Assembly (NCBI GenBank): GCA_046290225.1
Contig: JBKAGE010000035.1
Location: forward strand, 96,001-160,000
Length of the DNA: 64,000 nucleotides
From: Bradymonadia bacterium
GTDB taxonomy: Bacteria > Myxococcota_A > Bradymonadia > UBA7976 > UBA1532
Reading direction: 5' to 3'
Shown here in pieces: positions 59,970-64,000 of this stretch. The first letter of the stretch is position 1. Every line of letters begins with the position of its first letter. The position numbers and the translations under genes were made by a program. The notes under the pieces were generated by a model. It did no database searches, was not told the DNA's origin, and worked only from the letters and a program-made list of their open reading frames with translations.

Positions 59970-60959
59970 ATGACGTCCTCCGCATTCGGTGCCCTCTGGG
60001 CCGAAGACATCGACCTCTCCGATCTGCAGTTCGCCCTCCCGGCGCTCGCCCGGCATGGCCTCGCGGTGCATCTCGCGTGGCACGCCGGGTCCGACGATGC
60101 TGATCGGCTCGCCCTCGCCGCTGAAGCAGCCACATATGGGGTGCCCGTTCGGCCTTGGCTGCTCCTGCCACCCGAGGAGGGCTATTGGGCCGGTGCAGAG
60201 AACGCCGCGGTCTTCGCCGACACCGCACGACGGCTCTTCGATCGCTGGTGTGGCGCAGGTCTCGCCCCAGGGCTGTGGGTGGTGGACATGGAGCCGCCGA
60301 GACACCGAGTCGAGGCCCTGGACGCCGCTCTGAAGGATGGCATACGACGATGGCCCGCCATGTGGCGCCAGCTGCGCGACGAGGCGAGCGTCGACTTGAG
60401 CACCCCAGCGCGGGTCTATGCCGATCTGGTCGATGAAGCAACCCGCCTCGGGTTCTCCACGTGGCTCACCACCCTGCCCATGGTGGCCGATGACTTCGCC
60501 GCAGGCACAGACACCTATCAGCGATGGCTGGGACTGCCTGTAAATGGGTCACCGTGGTCGGTGGTGTCATTGCAGGTGTATCGCACCATGTTCGACGACA
60601 GCCTGCCCTGGGGGTTGAAGCAGATGGGTGTGGGCCCTGGCATCGTGGCCCGCTATGGCCGCCTGGTCCGCGCAGCATTTGGTGATCGCGGCGGGTTGGA
60701 CTTGGGTCTGGTCGGCGGGGGTGTCATCGAGGACTCAGGTCGATACTCAGCACCGAAAGATCTCGGCGCTGATCTCGCAGCCGCTCATGGTGTCGGGGTG
60801 CCTGCAAACCAGATATCGGTCTTCTCGTTGGAAGGCGTGCTCGAACGTGGACCTGTAGAGGGCTGGCTGGCGCCACCCACGCACAGGCCTGTGAAGGCAG
60901 GCATCAGGGCAGCGTTACAAGGCAAGCTGATGACCACGCTGGCCCGCTTGGGGCGTTGA
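59970..60959 (+). CDS. Hypothetical protein (possible TIM-barrel)
   Basis: 329-aa ORF filling the gap; PWLLL..EEGYW and VDMEP. Confidence 0.6.
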   Translation: MTSSAFGALWAEDIDLSDLQFALPALARHGLAVHLAWHAGSDDADRLALAAEAATYGVPVRPWLLLPPEEGYWAGAENAAVFADTARRLFDRWCGAGLAPGLWVVDMEPPRHRVEALDAALKDGIRRWPAMWRQLRDEASVDLSTPARVYADLVDEATRLGFSTWLTTLPMVADDFAAGTDTYQRWLGLPVNGSPWSVVSLQVYRTMFDDSLPWGLKQMGVGPGIVARYGRLVRAAFGDRGGLDLGLVGGGVIEDSGRYSAPKDLGADLAAAHGVGVPANQISVFSLEGVLERGPVEGWLAPPTHRPVKAGIRAALQGKLMTTLARLGR

Positions 60960-60970
60960 AGCTTTGAGAT

Positions 60971-62146
60971 TCAGTCGTCCGACTCGAGCGCATCCGCCAT
61001 CGCCCCTTTGAGTGGGGGTACCCAGCTCCCCATATTGGGTACATCGAGCGTGTCGGGGGCCTGCTCGTCGAGGCTCACCAGCCGTACCAGTGCGTCGACG
61101 CAGTCGAACAACATGCTGTTGTCTCGAGGCGTATAGCCTCCGAGGGCCTGCTGATACACGTCGACCCCTTCGAGGAATCGGGCCACCGAGTCGGCGTCGG
61201 GGGCGTCTTCCTGGCACACCCCGTACCCGAGCTTCTCGAGATACAGCGCGTTGAGCGTCTGCTCGTACTGCCCGTGGATCGGCAGCGCCATCATGGGCAC
61301 CTGCAGATGCACCGCCTCGCCCATGAGGGAGAAGCCCGCCGCCGCCACCACCGCCTGTGCAGTTCGAAGATCGTCCACAAAGCCTGGGCCGCTGAAGGGC
61401 ATCAGCTCGATGTTACCCTCGGCGCCGGTCTTGCCCGTGCCGTACACCTTGAAACGACGATCCGAAAGCCTCTGCAGATGTGGGATCAACGCCTCGGCGG
61501 CCTCTGCCTTGAGATACACCAGCACGTGATCACCCGGATCTCGCGTGGCCTGCAGAATGTCGGGGCGCAAGATCGGCGGAATCAGCGTCGTACGGCGCTT
61601 GCGCACCGTGGGAAAAAAGAAGCTGGTGACGAGGTAGTGCCACGCGCCGGGCATCTTCGCCTTCACCACATTCTTCGCCAACAGGAACGCCCGACTGCGC
61701 AGGGTGGTGACGTCATCGTCGTGGGCGCAGCGGTTGATGATCTGCATGTTGTCGAGGCCGATCACCGGCAGGCGGTGGTTCAGACCATAGAGATAGGCCC
61801 AGGTCTCGAAGTCGCTGATCACCAGGTCGGGGGTGAAGCCCGAGTCGATGAGTTTGAAGTAGGCCTCGACGTTCTTCTTGAGCCCCTTGGGCAGCGCCTC
61901 GAGGTTCGCCGAGAACGTCTCGCTCTTGTCGATGCGGTTGCCTTCGATCTGAAACGTGAGCCCGTGGATCTCTTCGACGACGGCCCGCTCACCAAAAGGC
62001 GCCAGCTCTCGCCGCAGGTAGTCGTGAGCCTTGCCCGAGACCACCACACGGACCCGGTGGCCCCCTTCGAGCAGATGGCCGAGGACCACCCGGCTTCGGG
62101 TGGCGTGGCCCATGCCCTCGCCCACCACACCATAGAGAATGTTCAT
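60971..62146 (-). CDS. GT-B glycosyltransferase (MJ1255/VC2487-like)
   Basis: ILYGVVGEGMGHATRS, ISDFE, AGFSLMGEA, GQYEQTLNA. Confidence 0.87.
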   Translation of the reverse strand: MNILYGVVGEGMGHATRSRVVLGHLLEGGHRVRVVVSGKAHDYLRRELAPFGERAVVEEIHGLTFQIEGNRIDKSETFSANLEALPKGLKKNVEAYFKLIDSGFTPDLVISDFETWAYLYGLNHRLPVIGLDNMQIINRCAHDDDVTTLRSRAFLLAKNVVKAKMPGAWHYLVTSFFFPTVRKRRTTLIPPILRPDILQATRDPGDHVLVYLKAEAAEALIPHLQRLSDRRFKVYGTGKTGAEGNIELMPFSGPGFVDDLRTAQAVVAAAGFSLMGEAVHLQVPMMALPIHGQYEQTLNALYLEKLGYGVCQEDAPDADSVARFLEGVDVYQQALGGYTPRDNSMLFDCVDALVRLVSLDEQAPDTLDVPNMGSWVPPLKGAMADALESDD

Positions 62147-63969
62147 GCGTCCTCGCGCAGTGTCACCCTGATGAGCCAGATCAAAAACGCAAAGACGAAC
62201 ACGTTCAAGCCTGTATCCACCACCGAGGGGCTCAGCCCTGCAGCTTCGGCGGGGTTCGGGGCCCCTGCCTGAACGTTCCACGCCGAGGGCAGCGCCGGAT
62301 CTGGCGCCTCGGAGATGCGGGTGGCCGAGGAGAGGGCCTTCACCTGCTCCGGGCTCAGGGGCCTGCTCGACGGGCGAATCGCCGCCGCGGGACCGCCACC
62401 ACCCTCACCGAGGCCCTGACGGCCAGGGCCGGCAATGACCACCTGAGCGGCGAGGGTCTCCATGGCCATGTTTTGACCAGGGTACGTTGCCGGGGGCAGA
62501 CGAGCCTCTCTGAAGAAGGGCAACTGTGACACCCGGTTCGCCGTCCACTCCCCTGTGAGGTTCACCAGAGCAGCCTGACCCGAAGACAGCGCCTCGCTCA
62601 CGGCGGCCTCACCTGGGGGCACCAACAAAACCACAGCATCGAGCTCCTGGGCTGCGAGCTTGCCCAGCAATGACTTCACGTCAGAAGACGTCGCGGCCTG
62701 TTGGGTCGACAACGAGAGCAACGCCTCACCGGCCCATGCGCCACCACTGTCGCGCTCTTGCACCCCCACTCGACCAGAGAGTGGATCCTGCACCTGCAGA
62801 TCGTCGGCTCGGCGGAGCACGTGCACCATGCGCGTGCCCAGGGCCGCCACCGCCTCGATTCGATCTTCACGGATGAAGCGACCTCGACGGCGGAGGGGGA
62901 AAAAGCGCTCAGCCCCCAACACCGCGAGACGGGCCTCACCATCCACCACCGCCTGCACCGGATCACGGACCGGCTTCACGCTCACCGGACGCCCGGAGAA
63001 AGCCTGGCTCGCAGCCCGAAGCGCCCGCTGAGAGGGCTCTGTCAGACCATCGGCGGCACTCACCGCCACCACGATGGGCTTCGCGCCCTCTTCGCTCGAT
63101 CCTTCGGGGATCAGCTCTTCGGCCTCGAGGAGCTGCCGCGCCACAGCCTTCGCCGTCTGGCCACTCACCTCTACGGCGTAGTTGAGGGTGCGCATCTCTT
63201 CGACGGAGATCCGGTTGTGCAGGCGGTTGAGCACCGCCTCGAGATCTTTGTGGGTGCTCATGGCCCCCGTCCGAGCCACCACCGCCGCCTCGTAGGGCGG
63301 GAAGAAGCCCAGCGAGTCTTCGAGCACGTGCAGGCCCAGGCCCACGATGGCCCCGTCGGTGGCATAACCCACCGCCACGTCAGCTCGACCATCGAGCAGC
63401 GCCTCCATCCGGGCTTGCGGGTCGTTCACCACGAGAGGCTCGGCGGCCATGCGCAAGCCGTAGCGACGCAGCAGCGCCGCGAGGCCATCGCCAGGGCGTC
63501 GCAGGAACTCTTGAGGCGCCGCCACCCGCACGCCGCCTTCGAGGCGGGCCAGATCAGCGATGCTCGACCAGCCCATGGACTGTGCTCGGCCCGAGGGGAC
63601 CAGCAGGCGATAGCCATTGTCGAAGCCCATGGGCACCACCCAGCGCAAGCCCAATGGCTTGTAGAGCTTACGCACCAGATCGAGGCCCTTCTCACCAGAG
63701 GGCGACGCCCCCACGAAGGCCAGCCCTGTGCCCGTGTAGTCCACCATGACGTCGAGCTGACCGCTCCGCAGCGCCCGTTGACAGGCATACGTGTCGTCGC
63801 AGTCCACCACCTGCTCGGCGGGGAGCCCCTCAGCCCGGAGCAGGATCACCAGCGCCTCGGCAAGCACCTTCTGCTCGGCGAAGCTCTTCGCCCCCACTCG
63901 GATCGCGCGGCTGTCGTCACTGCAGCCGAGCAGCGTCAGTACCCAGAGCCACCAGAGATGCCGCATCAC
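62143..63969 (-). CDS. OpuAC/OsmF-type substrate-binding lipoprotein fused to a second TAXI-like binding domain and a C-terminal TM helix
   Basis: VGAKSFAEQ, DYTGT, GFDNGY, TDG, FFPPY; then VHVL.R, GSGG-like DSGG, LPPATYPGQ...TL; hydrophobic tail. Confidence 0.8.
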   Translation of the reverse strand: MMRHLWWLWVLTLLGCSDDSRAIRVGAKSFAEQKVLAEALVILLRAEGLPAEQVVDCDDTYACQRALRSGQLDVMVDYTGTGLAFVGASPSGEKGLDLVRKLYKPLGLRWVVPMGFDNGYRLLVPSGRAQSMGWSSIADLARLEGGVRVAAPQEFLRRPGDGLAALLRRYGLRMAAEPLVVNDPQARMEALLDGRADVAVGYATDGAIVGLGLHVLEDSLGFFPPYEAAVVARTGAMSTHKDLEAVLNRLHNRISVEEMRTLNYAVEVSGQTAKAVARQLLEAEELIPEGSSEEGAKPIVVAVSAADGLTEPSQRALRAASQAFSGRPVSVKPVRDPVQAVVDGEARLAVLGAERFFPLRRRGRFIREDRIEAVAALGTRMVHVLRRADDLQVQDPLSGRVGVQERDSGGAWAGEALLSLSTQQAATSSDVKSLLGKLAAQELDAVVLLVPPGEAAVSEALSSGQAALVNLTGEWTANRVSQLPFFREARLPPATYPGQNMAMETLAAQVVIAGPGRQGLGEGGGGPAAAIRPSSRPLSPEQVKALSSATRISEAPDPALPSAWNVQAGAPNPAEAAGLSPSVVDTGLNVFVFAFLIWLIRVTLREDA

Positions 63970-64000
63970 AGGCCTCCCTCCTTACCTGGCACCGCCATAT

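Overview
GC-rich bacterial DNA, most likely Myxococcota. The evidence is a MYXO-CTERM-type sorting signal, many Cys-rich and Gly-linker lipoproteins and several sigma54 motifs. About 42 genes can be supported: housekeeping and metabolic genes (IscA-like, aldehyde dehydrogenase, M16 peptidase pair, SDR, AstA, arginase, AguB, class V aminotransferase, acyl-CoA ligase, GH31), a HipA/HTH toxin-antitoxin pair whose antitoxin is frameshifted, secreted or surface proteins (three GLUG-like paralogues, DUF2330, an M6 protease, Cys-rich proteins), a PilZ-tailed MCP and a REC-GGDEF protein. No rRNA, tRNA or CRISPR array was seen. Four things stand out. (1) A ~2,960-aa protein looks like an Hsp90/HtpG derivative with a degenerate ATPase head and about 10-11 tandem middle-domain-like repeats. 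(2) A TnpB-only IS200/IS605 element sits exactly at a reconstructable ATGA stop/start overlap between the M6 protease gene and that giant gene, and its left end appears inverted. (3) A 406-bp palindromic element is built from GTAG-plus-hairpin REP-like units around a structured core. (4) A phosphoesterase-acyltransferase-GNAT-arginase cluster contains a 14-bp-period repeat array and may make an amino lipid. All family calls come from motif recognition by eye; no database searches were run.
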